Program-made: the position numbers and the translations under genes
In this document: piece after piece, positions 24,367 through 38,274 of the stretch
Position numbering within the stretch: position 1 is the first letter of the stretch
How the letters are laid out: every line of letters starts with the position of its first letter
Assembly (NCBI GenBank): GCA_002269645.1
Contig: NIVC01002920.1
Coordinates: 19,062-83,061 of the forward strand
Origin: Macrostomum lignano
Lineage: Eukaryota
Length of the DNA stretch: 64,000 nucleotides
Reading direction: 5' to 3'
Notes under the pieces: model-generated
What the model was told of the DNA's origin: nothing
What the model saw: only the letters and a program-made list of their open reading frames with translations
Database searches by the model: none

Positions 24367-24639
24367 GTATTGAATAGCGATTTTAAAATCCCAGTTAACG
24401 CTGTATTATATTCACATTCACCATAGTATTTAGAAACTAAAAAGGATAAAGATTAAGATTATTGTGCGGTCCGAAGGTGAGTCCAGTCACAAGAGAGGGA
24501 CTAAACCAATTAATAAAATGCTGCATTCACATTTTATCTAAGCTTTGTGTCACAAATTGCGTGCGTGACACGTGATAGAAATCGTCTTGAGGTATCCTTG
24601 ACCTCGTCGAAAAGCAACCAATTAGTGATGCCAACCGTA

Positions 24640-25006
24640 TTTATTTATTTTTTTATTAGAGGCAGGGGGTTGTGTGCACCCTGGCGCACTTTAAGCGACA
24701 TAGGCACACAACCGGCGAGAGGCATTACTGCCCATTCCGCCGACTCCCCTGAGCAGGCATACAAGCGCGCGGATACGTACGCAGGCACACACTCACACAG
24801 GAGTGTACAGCGGCCCTAACTTTATATTATCGTTAGGCATGTACACTTCACTGCGCCTTGGGGGGTTGGCCCTCAAGGCCGTTAATTGTACGAGCAGAGC
24901 CAAGCCGAGATTCCAATTCAGCCCCAAATTAATGTGACTGCACTTGGAATCGAGCCTGGGTCGCTGGCACACCAGAGCAGCTGCGCTACCGCTGGGCTAC
25001 GGCCCC
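24640..25006 (-). mobile_element. tRNA-derived SINE (second family) with a 14-bp target-site duplication
   Basis: TSD tgatgccaaccgta at 24626-24639 and 25007-25020. Minus-strand head ggggccgtagcccagcggtagcg..ggctcgattcc (A and B boxes); A-rich tail at 24640-24657. Confidence 0.88.
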
Positions 25007-25853
25007 TGATGCCAACCGTAATTGATCATAGAAACTTAGTGGGGTCAGTAAAAGTATTTGTATTGAGGCGGACAAATGCCTGAGGGCGATTCGCATCAGT
25101 CAGTTCAATCTAGGAGGCGGATGTTGTGATTGGTGTAGAGATTACTCTGAAGTAGACGGAAGTTTGATGGGGCTTGGAGTTCCAGGGTGGAAATCAGTTT
25201 CACTCCAGCTCGCATGCATAAAAGCAATAAATCTTTGTTTGAAACTTTGCCTCATGCACTGACGCAACTCCATGTACGAGTACGAGCAGATGATGGAAAT
25301 TTAAATGAAGCGCACTTGAAGCATTTCACCACTTTTTAACTTCGCTCGCAGGAATGTTTTTTAACTTACCTTTTAAAAGTGACATTGTGTAAGCAAGCCA
25401 GTGATACCTTTTTTTCTGCGGCCCAGGTTATCTCTGAAAACAGATGGGGTATTTGCTAGAAAAAAATTAGGGCGAAGCAGAGACTGTGGTAAATAAAATG
25501 CTTCAGAAAGCGGTGCAACCTTGTTTAGAAATTAGAGCGGAGAAGAGTTTGCAGAAGTGAAGAGTGACGAAATTTATATTTTTATCTGTGAGGTACTTTA
25601 TTTTACATCTGTTTATTATTATTTTTATTTAGCAACCCTTGACCTTGAAGAGATAATTTCACCTTACAACCAACTTCCAGCTGCTACTTTTTGCCTTCTG
25701 AACTTTTAGTAAAGTTGCAGATGAGCAATGCTTTTGGTTGTGCTCGTATTTGGTTTAACTTTCTCGTAGTTCTGTTAGCTAGCTAATTTCTCCACTAATT
25801 CAACTAATTTCATTCATAAATATGGAAGCTTTTCGGGAAGTTTCTATTCAATC

Positions 25854-26352
<499 letters not shown>

Positions 26353-27541
26353 GGCAACTTAATAAGCCGGAATAGGTAAGACTTGTCTCAGAAAAGGACA
26401 TGTTTAGTAACAATGGTTAATGTCTTCGGCCTTGGAAAGCATCGTTTCAAATACATGTACAGACTGCTTGAAACCGGTGAATTCTGCCAATTTTTACAGG
26501 TACAAGTGCTTTTAAAAGCAGGCATTTAGTCTCTCTTTCACCATTTGGCTAGGCTTTTTAGAAACAAAATCGCAGGAGAAGTGGTCTTTCGGATCTCCAA
26601 GCTCGAATTTGTATCTAACTAACTAATAGATTGGCAAAACAGTAAGGAGTGTTGAGAAAAAGCAAGCGTAGTACATATTATCCTTGTCTAAAATGATTTC
26701 AATAATAATTTCAAACATGTTTCATCTCAACCTAAAAAACTTGTCGGAAGGCTGTAAGCAACGCCTTCGGTAACATTGTCTCACAAACAGTACCGAGTGC
26801 GTCGCAACCTTGGTGACCGCGTTTGGAAACGAACTAGGGGTCTTGTCGCAAGAGTTAGAAGTTTTTACGCTGAGCTGCTCTGCTCCTTATTTTCCTAAAT
26901 TTTTGTTACGTTTTAACATACCAAACATATTGAAATAACTTTAAGAGAAAGAAGCAGTGTTGCAACAAAGAACTAATTTTCGTGCTTATGAACAGACCTG
27001 TTTTGTGTTACAAGCCGTGTCTCTTTTTTATTAGCTATTGAGAATTTCAGGTACTCTTTATTCGTCATGTAGTAGGGCTCCTTGGATAATACGTACTGAC
27101 GCCGAATTACTAATAATGAAATAGGTTTTCTAATACATGCAATTTATTCACAGAAATACTTGTACAGGCGCCGATTATTAATGTACTGGAATTACGCGAC
27201 GGTTGTACCAATTATTTTGTTAGAATGCACTGAAATATTTAGTATAAATACTGCTCGCACCAATTTGAAGTTTCGCGCTCGTCGTGGCCCGTTGAAGTTT
27301 GGCCCCTCCTTTGTTGCGACGGAACCGCTCTTAGTTGAATTGTGCTGGCTCATGTGAAGCCCGGCCTTAGTACATAGTCAGTTTGTAATAGATCTAGTTA
27401 CTCGTACAAATATTCGACATGAGTACGAGTGATCTCGAAATTATGAACTATTGATTGAGAAGAAGTCGTAGATTTTAAGCTGAAACTTAATTGCTTTAAT
27501 GTCCGGAGCGAAGAGGCGGAGACGGAGTGAGTGGTGATCGA

Positions 27542-27734
27542 CAGGGGCGGATTTAGCCCCCCCCCATCCAAAGTAGCTTGACCGAACATATTGCGCCCCC
27601 CAAAAACCTAAACTTGCGCCCTCTACACTTGATTTTTCGCCCCCTATACGCATTTTTTGCGCCCCTAGCTTAAAAATTGGCGCCCCAAACTTGGACCGCC
27701 CTCCCCCCAAAATGAAAATCTAGATCCGCCACAG
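27542..27734. mobile_element. hAT-type MITE of about 193 bp with 8-bp TSD
   Basis: Termini caggggcggatttag ... ctagatccgccacag; direct repeat gtgatcga at 27534-27541 and 27735-27742. Confidence 0.75.
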
Positions 27735-28020
27735 GTGATCGAGCACAGCAATGCAGGTCCCAAAGCGATTCGGAGGCGCATTATTCGAGTATATTGATTC
27801 GAAAATTAAAAAGAAAAAAAATTGAGCGGCAGCAGCGCCCTCTCGCGCTGAGCAGAGCAACATATAAATAAAGCACACGCACACCTGGGGTTAGAGGTGT
27901 TAGTCAGAGCACGTACAGGTACCTACAGCGCCTAAAACAAGTACAACGCGATAAAAAGGGGAGCAGCGAGGCAGGTCGCTCCGCCATCAACAATGGGTAA
28001 AGCCCACTTGCTTCACCCGC

Positions 28021-28860
28021 CATCAGATCATCTCAGGGTAAATATCTGTCGCACTCTATCAGATCATCTCAGGGTAATTATCTGTCGCACTCTATCAGAT
28101 CATCTCAGGGTAATTATCTGTCGCACTCTATCAGATCATCTCAGGGTAATTATCTGTCGCACTCTATCAGATCATCTCAGGGTAATTATCTGTCGCACTC
28201 TGTCAGATAATCTCAGGGTAATTATCTGTCGCACTCTATCAGATCATCTCAGGGTAATTATCTGTCGCACTTCATCAGATAATCTCAGGGTAATTATCTG
28301 TCGCACTTCATCAGATAATCTCAGGGTAATTATCTGTCGCACTCCATCAGATCATCTCAGGGTAAATATCTGTCGCACTCTATCAGATCATCTCAGGGTA
28401 ATTATCTGTCGCACTTCATCAGATAATCTCAGGGTAATTATCTGTCGCACTCCATCAGATCATCTCAGGGTAAATATCTGTCGCACTCTATCAGATCATC
28501 TCAGGGTAATTATCTGTCGCACTCTATCAGATCATCTCAGGGTAATTATCTGTCGCACTCTATCAGATCATCTCAGGGTAATTATCTGTCGCACTCTGTC
28601 AGATAATCTCAGGGTAATTATCTGTCGCACTCTATCAGATAATCTCAGGATAATTATCTGTCGCACTTCATCAGATAATCTCAGGGTAATTATCTGTCGC
28701 ACTTCATCAGATAATCTCAGGGTAATTATCTGTCGTACTCCATCAGATCATCTCAGGGTAAATATCGGACGCACTTCATCAGATAATCTCAGGGTAATTA
28801 TCTGTCGTACTCCATCAGATCATCTCAGGGTAAATATCGGACGCACTTCATTAGATCATC
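28021..28860. repeat. 36-bp minisatellite (ATCAGATCATCTCAGGGTAATTATCTGTCGCACTCT)n
   Basis: About 23 head-to-tail units, no spacers; one frame stays open (27993-28907). Confidence 0.96.
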
Positions 28861-29102
28861 AGATCATCATCATCTTCGGCTGGTGCAGCATAAACGTCTA
28901 TCCCTAGGCCCAAGCATCGCAACTACCATTCTTCGAAGTTATTTATTTTGGGATATTTGTCAGCTGAAATAGAGACCGCTTACTCAGCAAGTTAAGAGTT
29001 CGCGGACCGTTAACCCAATTAACCCGAGCCAGACGCTGAGTAATTACCGGTTTCTAATCAATTTTTCTAAGTTTTTGGGAGCCAAAATATGGCAAAAGTT
29101 TT

Positions 29103-30033
29103 CTAATGCGAGTTTGCTTTGGGGCGAATAAACCCGCCCAAAAAACCGGTAAAAAAAAATATACGAGCTACCGAGCAATTTTCACGTGTAGTCTCGATTA
29201 TGGTGCTCAGCTTTGCTTTACAAGCTTCAATTTCATTTTTCTGCTCCTCGGTTGGAGGCAACCCTAATTTTTGCGAGTCCAGCTTTGGCGCTTTAGAAAA
29301 AGCAGATTTCAGCCGGTCTCCGATGGCTTTGGCTTCCTTTAGTTGGTCAGATTGAAGGGCGGTTCGCAGGCCGTCTGCCTCAGCTCGGCGAGAGGACCCG
29401 GCAGCTGCCTGCTCCAGCCTCTGCTCTGTGGTTCTCAGCAGCTCCTCAAGGCTCTTTTTTTTCACATCGATAAATTCGATAAAACTGGCGATCTGAGCTT
29501 TCCAAGGCTGCAGTGTAGCGCTGACTTTGTCACATTCCTTCGCGTCTTTCTCCACAGATTCCAACAGGTTCTCGCATTCAGTCTGGGAAGGAAAGCGTTC
29601 TGTTTTATTAGTTTTCGTGTTAATACCTGCTAAATACTTTAGTTTACATTACCTGAAACTCCAATCGATGCTTGCAGTAGTGAAACTCGCAAAAATACTG
29701 ATCGCAGTGACCGCAATTTTTGGAGACTGAGTTGGGGCACTGGGTTTCGCCTTCGCGTACCTGGCAGGTGGCGTCGGGTGGCGGTTTTGAGTGGAATTCT
29801 TTGACGAGCCTGGCCATGGCGGCGTGCTCCGTCGGTGTGCAAAGCATCTGTCGGCACACCGGACACCTTGCGTGTCCGAAAAGGTGCGTCTCCAAATGGC
29901 GTTTGTGACATTCGCGGCACAGAGTGTGGTGGTTCGGGCACACGAAGCACGGATCAGTAAAGATGTTTTTGCACACCGGGCACTTCAGGTCTTCGTCCTC
30001 TCTTGAGCTCATATCTAAAAGTTCACGGGTCAT
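29103..30033 (-). CDS. TRIM-like gene D: RING + B-box + helical region (about 286 aa)
   Basis: complement(join(29103..29582,29653..30033)) = 861 nt, 70-bp intron; close paralogue of C, E and F. The 3' end may splice differently. Confidence 0.8.
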
Positions 30034-30339
30034 CTGTTAACTAAGTATATTAAAATCCATGTTAACATTCTAGAATATGCTAAGCTACTATGTAGAAACG
30101 GAGAAGGGCATAGATGAAGAGTATTATTGAGCGGTCTGAAGGCAAGTCCAGTTCCTAAAGAGGGACCTATCCAGTTAATCGATGTATAGCACGAGTTGAA
30201 AAGTGGTTAAAGCCTGCTCCAGCTAATCAGCTTGTATGTGCCATAAGTAATTTCCAGTACTGTATAGATTTGTCTATCGCTTCGCTTCGCTCGCCTCGAG
30301 ACCATTATTTGCGACCTCTGACTTTCTGACCACAGAATG

Positions 30340-31950
30340 CGCATTATAAAGCTATTATCTTATACTTAAAACTCCCTTGGTTAATGCAACTGCACATGAA
30401 GATGCAATGAAGAAAATTAAGAAGCGCACCTAAAGCATTTCACCACCCTTTTACTTTATCGCCAAGAACATACCGGACTGTATTTTCAATAATTCTGCAG
30501 TCAAAATTTCAGACAATACAGCTTGTAGGAGTGTTTTTACTACCTTTGGAAAGTGACCTTCCGCATTTCGATTTTGCGTAGTGAGCCATTTAGTTTTTGT
30601 CTGCGGTCCAGGTCGTTGCGGAGAGCAACTAAATTTTTTGCCAGAAAAACTAATGCGAAGCAGAGGCTTTGGTAAATGAAATGCCTGAGAAAGCGGTGCA
30701 GCCTTGTTTAGAACTCTGATTCTGCGTCCAGCATTGCTATTGTCGCTTCAAGCTATTTTATGCATTCAGAGTTCATGTATGTACAGCAGAGACGAGTTTG
30801 AAGCAGAGAAGAGTGACGAAATTTATATTTTTTATATTTTTATCTTTGAGGTACATTATTTTACATCTGTCTTTTATTCTTACCATTTAGCATCATGGTC
30901 CTTGAAGAGACGATTTTCATCTTGAAAGCAACCTCAATAGCCGCTACCTTCGCTCCCCTGATCTTTAAGTGCAAATTACAGATGAGCAATGCTTTTGATT
31001 GTGCTCATGTTTGGTTTAGCTTTCTCGTAGTTCTGATAGCTAATTTCTCCACTTTAGAGTGGGTTTTCCTCTGAATCTGAAGTTAAATGGTAGAGTTGTT
31101 AATATACGAACTACATCCGTCCGTACGCGCGTGATCTCTCTAACCTTAAATTCTCTATATCTGTCTGGCCCTCCTATTCCCGCTGTATCCGCGTCTCTTC
31201 AGGACTTCTCTAGACTGTTAAAGTTTAACAAAAATGAGAAATTATTTCAAATCAGCCGGACTAGATAAGACCAGTCTAAGAAAAGGATGTGTTTAACAAC
31301 AATGGTTGATGCCTTCAGCCTGGGAAACATCGTTTCAAGAGCGGACTGCTTGAATCCTATAAATTCTGCCAATTTTACAGGTACGAGTGCTCTAACAAGC
31401 AGACATTTAATCTCTTTGTCCGTCCTGTGGCTAAGTTTCTTAGAAACACAAAATCGCCGGAGAGGTGGTCTTGCGGCTCTCCAGGCTCGAATTTATATCC
31501 ATCTATTCTAATAGATAGGCAAAACAGTACGGAGTGTTGATAAAAAGCAAGCGTAGCACATATTATCTTTCTGTCATATCTAAAAATATTTGTTACGAAT
31601 GATTGTGAAATATCTGCTTTTTTGACAGAAAGGAGACAGATAAAGACGAGTAGTGGGTGCTACTTTTGCATATCCTTGTAAGTAGTATAAAAATACTGCT
31701 ACATTTATGCAGCCAGCGCATTTAACTTGAAAGTGGGGCCAAATGCTCTATTATCTAGCTAACTATGGTGAGAGAAAAATATTTGAGATATGAGAGATGC
31801 AATTAAGGGAGGCTGTATGATTTGTTTAAAATATATAGTTCTGATTGATGAAGAGTTGACGTCACCAATAACAAAAAGTGCAAAGTTGGAACTTTGCAGT
31901 AGGTTTTACTCTTTTAAGCTCTTACTCTTTCGTATACGCTATTATATTCT
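30340..31950 (-). pseudogene. Decayed intronless ORF / dispersed repeat co-duplicated with the TRIM-like genes (most complete copy)
   Basis: Homologous blocks at about 17330-17900, 22250-22960, 25200-26700, 33600-34620 and 35500-36700. Minus-strand translations retain shared peptides (YKFE.G.P.DH.S.DFV; ETDAARR..GPA..DQAY..IQLVY; EF.TRLHR.L.HF.Y.SLCF) among stops and frameshifts. Confidence 0.55.
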
Positions 31951-32183
31951 GTTTACTAATATAAGTGTAACATGTGCATAGCCCTTTACATGAGATGTAA
32001 TTCGGTGCAGTTACAATGCTTAAAAAACCGGCTACTTGGTATGAAAAATTCCACTTCAGTTTAGAAACTGAGGAGACTGGTGCATCTCCACATGCGATTG
32101 AAGTTATTCAGCTCAAATCATTTCGAATTTCAAAATATATTAAGCAGCCCTTAATAGAGGGAAGCTTCTAAAAAGAAAATGGG

Positions 32184-33195
32184 TTAAAACATTGGTGGCA
32201 CTGGGGAACTTAAACTTGATCTACGGGATCTACGGCATCCATCGCATTGACAATCCAACTCCGTCCTGAATGCTGTATGTGGTCTAGAAGATCTGGCTGT
32301 TTTGCTGTACTTCTTTTGCGGTGCGTGAAATAATTTTTTGACACCACCGCAAATTCGTGTTGCAGTCCCGATTATGGAGACCAGCTTTGCTTTACAAGCT
32401 TCGATTTCTTTCTTCTGCTCATCGGTTTGAGGCAACCCGAAATCTTGCGACTCCAGCTTCGGCGCTGCAGCAGGAGCAGCTTTCAAGCGGTCTGCGATGG
32501 CTTTGGCTTTTTTTAGCTCACCAGATCGAATGGAGGCTTTCAAGCCGTCTGCCTCAGCTCGACGGGAGGACCCGGCCGCTGCCTGCTCCAGCCTCTGCTC
32601 TGTGGTTCTCAGCAGCTCCTCCAGGCGCTTTTTTTCCACATCGATAAATTCGATAAGACTGCCGATCTGAGCTTTCCAAGGTTGCAGTGTAGCGCTGACT
32701 TTGTCGCATTCCTTCGCGTCTTTCTCCACAGATTTTAACAGGTTGTCGCATTCAGTCTGGCAAGGCAAGCATTCCGTTTTATTAATTTTCGTATTAATAC
32801 CTGCTAAATACTTCAGCTTAAATTACCTTAAACTGAATCCGATGTTCACCAAAGTGCAGATCGCAAACATTCAGGTCGCAGTGACCGCACTTGACAAAGA
32901 CTGAGTTAGGGCACTGTTTTACCCGGCAGGTGGCGCCGGGCGGCGGTTTTGAGTGGAATTCTTTGACCAGCTTGGCCATGGCGGCGTGCTCCGTCGGTGT
33001 AGAAAGCGTCTCTCGGCACACCGGACACTTTGCGGGTCCGAAAAGGGACGTCTCCAAATGGCGTTTGTGGCATTTGCGGCACAGAGTGTGGTGGTTCGGG
33101 CACACGAAGCACGGATCAGTAAAGATTTTCATGCACACCGGGCACTTCAGGTCTTCGTCGTCTCTTGAGCTCATATCTAAAACTTCAGGGGTCAT
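32184..33195 (-). CDS. TRIM-like gene E: RING + B-box + helical region (about 313 aa)
   Basis: complement(join(32184..32756,32827..33195)) = 942 nt, 70-bp intron in the same position as in C, D and F. Confidence 0.8.
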
Positions 33196-36100
33196 CTGTT
33201 AACTAAGTATTTTAAAATCCATGTTAACATTCTAGAATATGCTAAGCTACTATGTAGAAACGGAAAAAGACATAGATTATGACTATTATTGAGCGGTCCG
33301 AAGGCGAGTCCAGTTCCTAAAGAAGGACCGAGCCAGTTGACAGAAACCCTGGAGACACAAATTATCTCGTATCTAAGCTAGGTGCCACACATTACATGCT
33401 GACATGTTACATAAAATATTCTTTGATATGAGCTGTCCTTGACTTCGTCGTCAAGCAACCAAGTGATGATACCTGCCGAACAGTAACATGATTGGTCAAA
33501 AAACAGTGGGGTCAGTAGTAGTAGAGGTGAGTCTGTTGTAGACGAAAGTTGCGAAAGGCTTTGAGTTCTGGGGTTGATGTCTGTTCGAAGCAAACTTGCA
33601 TGCATAAAAAATAAATTTTGAAGGGAGTTTAAACACAATTAAAACTCCCTTCGTTGATGCAAATGTACATGGAGATCCAGTGATTTCAATGCAATGAATG
33701 GCACCTTGAGCATTTCAAGACATTTTAACTTCATTGCCAAGAGCATAACTGTATTGTCACTTATTGGCAAACAAAACTAAGTAACTGCGGTTGATACAGC
33801 TTGTAGAAATGTTATAGTTACCTTTTGAGAAGTGACGCTGTGTATTTGGGAGCAGCTGGGTTATTTGAGAAAAAACTTTAAAGGCGCAGCAGAAGCTGCG
33901 GTAAATAAAATATTTGAGAAGGCGAAGCAACCTTGTTAAGAATTCCGTTTATGCTTTTTTCATTTCAAGCTACTTTATGCATTTAGAGTTCATGAATGCA
34001 CAGCGGAGACGAGTTGCAGTAGAGAAGTGTGACGAAATTTTTATTTTTGAGGTATTTTTTACACCTGTCTTTTATTCTTATCATTTAGCATTTTCGCTCC
34101 TGAACAAACGATTTTCACCTAACAACCAACCTGTAGCTGCTACATGTACTCCTCGCCTTCTAATCTTTGAGTGCAAATTACAGAGAAGCAATGCTTTTGA
34201 TTGTGCTCATGTTTGGTTTATCTAGTTCTTTTAGCTTATCTCTCCACTTTAGAATGGGCTCTTCTCTAAGCCTTAAGTTAAACGGGAGAGTTACGAGCTA
34301 GTTAATAACCAAGCTGAATTCGTTCGTACATCCGGTCTCTTCGACGTTTTATGCAGGGCCTCTTCTATTCTATCTATCCCTATCCCTATTCTATCTATAC
34401 CCTGGTGTATACAGAAGGTTCGTGGAGTTTAGAGTTTTAGTTTCAAAATCAGTTGAGTGCAAATTGCCTACATACGAGTTGAATAAAAAAAATATGCTTA
34501 AAAAACTCCACTTCTAGTGCTTTGGCTTGTAAATTCAGTTGCAATGCAGATGCAATAAAAGTAATAAAAGAAGCCCTCTTTGGCATTTTACCACCTATAA
34601 CTTCATTTCGAAGAGCAGTGTGACGTTGCTAGTTTAAGTGGTCCCGCAAAAGGGCCGTTGGACTATAGTTTCCCTTGCAATTTCTCATATTAATTTCTCC
34701 AATAGTTTATTTTAACGTTTACTTATAGTAGCGTGCAAATAATCTGTATCAACTGCTAATTCACTGTGTATTTGGTAGGCCTTGCGCTCGTCTGTGAATT
34801 TTGGCACGATCGATTATTTCAAATTCTCTCGCCAGCCAATGAAAACCGCTCGTGCTTCGCACTACCCCCCCCCCTCTGCGCTCCTTTATTAACCCTCGCC
34901 TGGCGGGCTGGGGGCTTCTCTCGTCCCTGTTTTTGTGTTCGCGTTCTCGTGCCTCTCTCCTCACTGCCTTGTGTGTTTTCTGCCTTGTGTTTTCCGTCTG
35001 GTTTGTCCAGCCTTGTCTAGCCTTGTTTTCCTTCTCTCTGTCTGGCTGCCTCGAGCCTCCTTATCTCACGCCACGGCTGACGCCAACCTCGCCACTGCTA
35101 CTCACCGCCTCCACTGAGCTCATTGCCATTGCTCATCACGTTACGTCGCCATTGCATCATTCGTCTGTCACTTGACTTCATATCCAATTTATCTTCAAAA
35201 ACCATTGTTGCAGCCGCCAGTGCCCAGAAAGCTATAGTTTGTGTATTGACAGTAATAACCAAGCCTAATATTGATACTACCAATAAAAACAACTACGGAA
35301 GTTCCGGCTTTTATCGCCAAGTGCTCCGCTACAAAATCCGCTTTACAAGAGTTGACTTCAACTTATTTTGGGACTACGACTCACTACAACACTCGTCAAA
35401 ACGGCCCTTTTAAGGGTCATAGCCATAGTTAGCCGCTACGCCAACATAGTGACAAGCAGTATTGTCACTAAATTCGCAGATCAAATTAAATAATTTTGAT
35501 TAATGAAGCTCGTAGGAGTTTCTTAACAATCTTTGAGAAGTAACGCTGTAGGCCAGTGATACACTTATTCCTGCGGCCCAAGTTGGTGCTGAGAGCAGAT
35601 GGGTTAAATAGCTAGATACTTCTAATGGGAAGCAGAGGCTGAGGTAATTAAAATTCTTGAGAAGGCGGTGCAACCGTGCTGTTGTCGTTTCAGTTATTTT
35701 ATGCATTCAGAGTACATGTGTTTACAGTGTGGAGACGAGTTGCAGCAGTGAAGGGTGACGAAATTTATGTTTTAACTGTGAGCTACTTTGTTTTACATCT
35801 GTCTTTTATTCTCACCGTTTAGCAGTTTAGCTTTGAAAAGACGATTTTACCTTACAACCTCTAGCTGAATGTATAGCTGAATGTATTTTTCCTTTTTATA
35901 TTTTAGTACAATTTCATGGCAGAGATGCTTTTGGTTCTGCTTGCGTTTAGGTTAGCCAGTTCTCTTAGCTAATGTCTTCATGTCACGGTCGGGTCTTATC
36001 TGAACCTTAAGTTGAACAAGGGATTCAATTAATAAACGAGCTGCATCCGTCTGTACGCCTGATCAAACTCTTTGTCCTTGAATGCCGGCCCCTCTTGTCT

Positions 36101-37360
36101 CCTTGCAGCATCCGTCTCTTTAGGGCTATTTTAAGATAACTTAAGTTCAACAAAAACAAGCAATAATGTCAAAGCAGCCAGACTAAAAAATCAGTGTTAG
36201 AAAAGGACGTGGATAGCAAACAAGGGTTGAGGATCTTTATAAGCCTGAGAAGCCTCGTTTTAAGTACAGACTGCTTGGACCCGGGGAATTCTGTCAATTC
36301 TTACAGGTACGGGTGCTCATATATTATCTTTCTGTCATCTCTAAAAATATACTTTACAAATGATTGTGAAATATCTGCTTTGTCTTATTGACAGAAAGGA
36401 GACAGATAAGGATAAATAGTGGTGCTAGTTTCGCAGATCCTTCTAATTAGTACGTGTATGATTGTTACTACTGTATTTATGCAGCCAGCGCATATGACTC
36501 GAAAGTGGAGAAAATGATATGAGAAGTGAGAAATGTATTGAAGGAAGGTTCTATGGTTTTTATATAATTTATAGTTTTGATTAATGAAGAGTTGACGTCA
36601 CCAATAAACTGTTGTTGACACCAAGGACTACTTTTGGAACTTTGCATAACATTTTACTCTTCTAATATTTTACTGTTTTGTATAGACTATCATATTATCC
36701 GTATAGCCAAAACATACGCTCGTACATGTAAGCAAAATAAGCAAAGTTACTTCAAGGTATGAAGTAAGGACTAACATAAGTAGTGTTTTAGGTTACATGT
36801 GCACACTGCATCTCAAGTGCACCCTTACGCAATTCTGCTTTTGTCCAATGCAGCCTAAAAGAAGCTTAAGACAGAAAAGATTTCGAGATTAGCCTGGGAT
36901 ATAAGAACTTAAATCGAAACTGAAGTGCTTAACATCTGTCGTGTGAAACTTTGTTTACAAAGAATCATTCATATCGTGTTATATATGAAATATGAAAAAT
37001 TAACCACCTGAGCATAAATAATTATTTTTCTGATTACTATCAGTTCCATAGTAATGCCGATTATTCAAGCTTTTAGTCTCTATGCCACTAAAAAAGCAGT
37101 GTTAATCAGCGATAGAAAAAATGTGATACAAGTATTTTTCATGATACAAGCATTAGCGTTGAAATGAAAAAAGTAACTTTTTATTGTCACATTACGTGAA
37201 AACAATAAATAATAAGTTTTACAATACGTGCTGATTTGTTACTTCTTTTTTTGAAAGAAAAACACTGTTTTTAATCTCTTTTGCTCTCGCCCTTTTGCAA
37301 CCAATATATCAAGCGCGCTGGACCATCGTGCAGTCGCCGGACAGCAGTGCATGTTGCCAG

Positions 37361-38274
37361 CTATATTTCATACATAGCCGCTGCATATATCGTATCATCT
37401 TCAAAATCATCACGACAGCTCACACCTCCGCAAATTCCTGTAGCGGTCCCGATTAAAATATCCAGATTTGCTTTACAAGCTTCTATTTCTTTTCTCTGCT
37501 CATCGGTTGGAGGCCACCCGAAATCTTGCGAGTCCAGCTCCGGTGCAGTGGCAGCAACTTTCAGTTGATCTGCGATGGCTTTGGCTTGCTGCAGTTGGCC
37601 AGATCGAAGGGAGGCTCGCAGGTCGTCTGCCTCAGCTCGGCGGGAGGACCCGGCCGCTGCCTGCTCCAGCCTCTGCTCTGTGGCTCTTAGCAGCTCTTTG
37701 AGGCGCTCTTTTTCTATATCGATAAATTCGATAAGACTTTTGATCTGAGCTTTCCAAGGCTGCAATTTAGCGCTGACTTGGTCACATTCCTTTGCATATT
37801 TCTCCACAGATTTTAACAGGTTCTCGCATTCAGTCTGGGGAGAGAATAGTTTCATTTCATTAATTTTCGTGTCAATACCTCCTGTACTTCAGCACAAATT
37901 ACCTGAAACTTCAATCGATGATCGCAGAAGTGCAGATCGCAAAAATCCAGGTCGCAGTGACCGCATTTGACAAAGACTGAGTTGGAGCACCGGGATTTGC
38001 CTTCAAACACCTGGCAGGTGGCACCGGGCGGCGGTTTCGACTTGAAATCCTGGACGAGCTTGGCCCTGATGGCATCCTGCTTAGGTTTGGAAAGCATCTC
38101 TCGGCACTCCGGACACTTTGCGGGTCCAAAAAGGGACATGTCCGAAATGCGTTTGTAGCATTCGCGGCACAGCGTGTGGTGATTTGGGCACACGAAACAC
38201 GGATCAGTAAAGATGTATTTGCACACTGGGCACAGCAGGTCTTCGTCGTCAGGTCGCTTTTGAGCTTCCATCAT
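37361..38274 (-). CDS. TRIM-like gene F: RING + B-box + helical region (about 281 aa; 5' end unresolved)
   Basis: complement(join(37361..37834,37903..38274)) = 846 nt, 68-bp intron. An extra upstream exon near 38.4-38.5 kb is possible. Confidence 0.8.
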
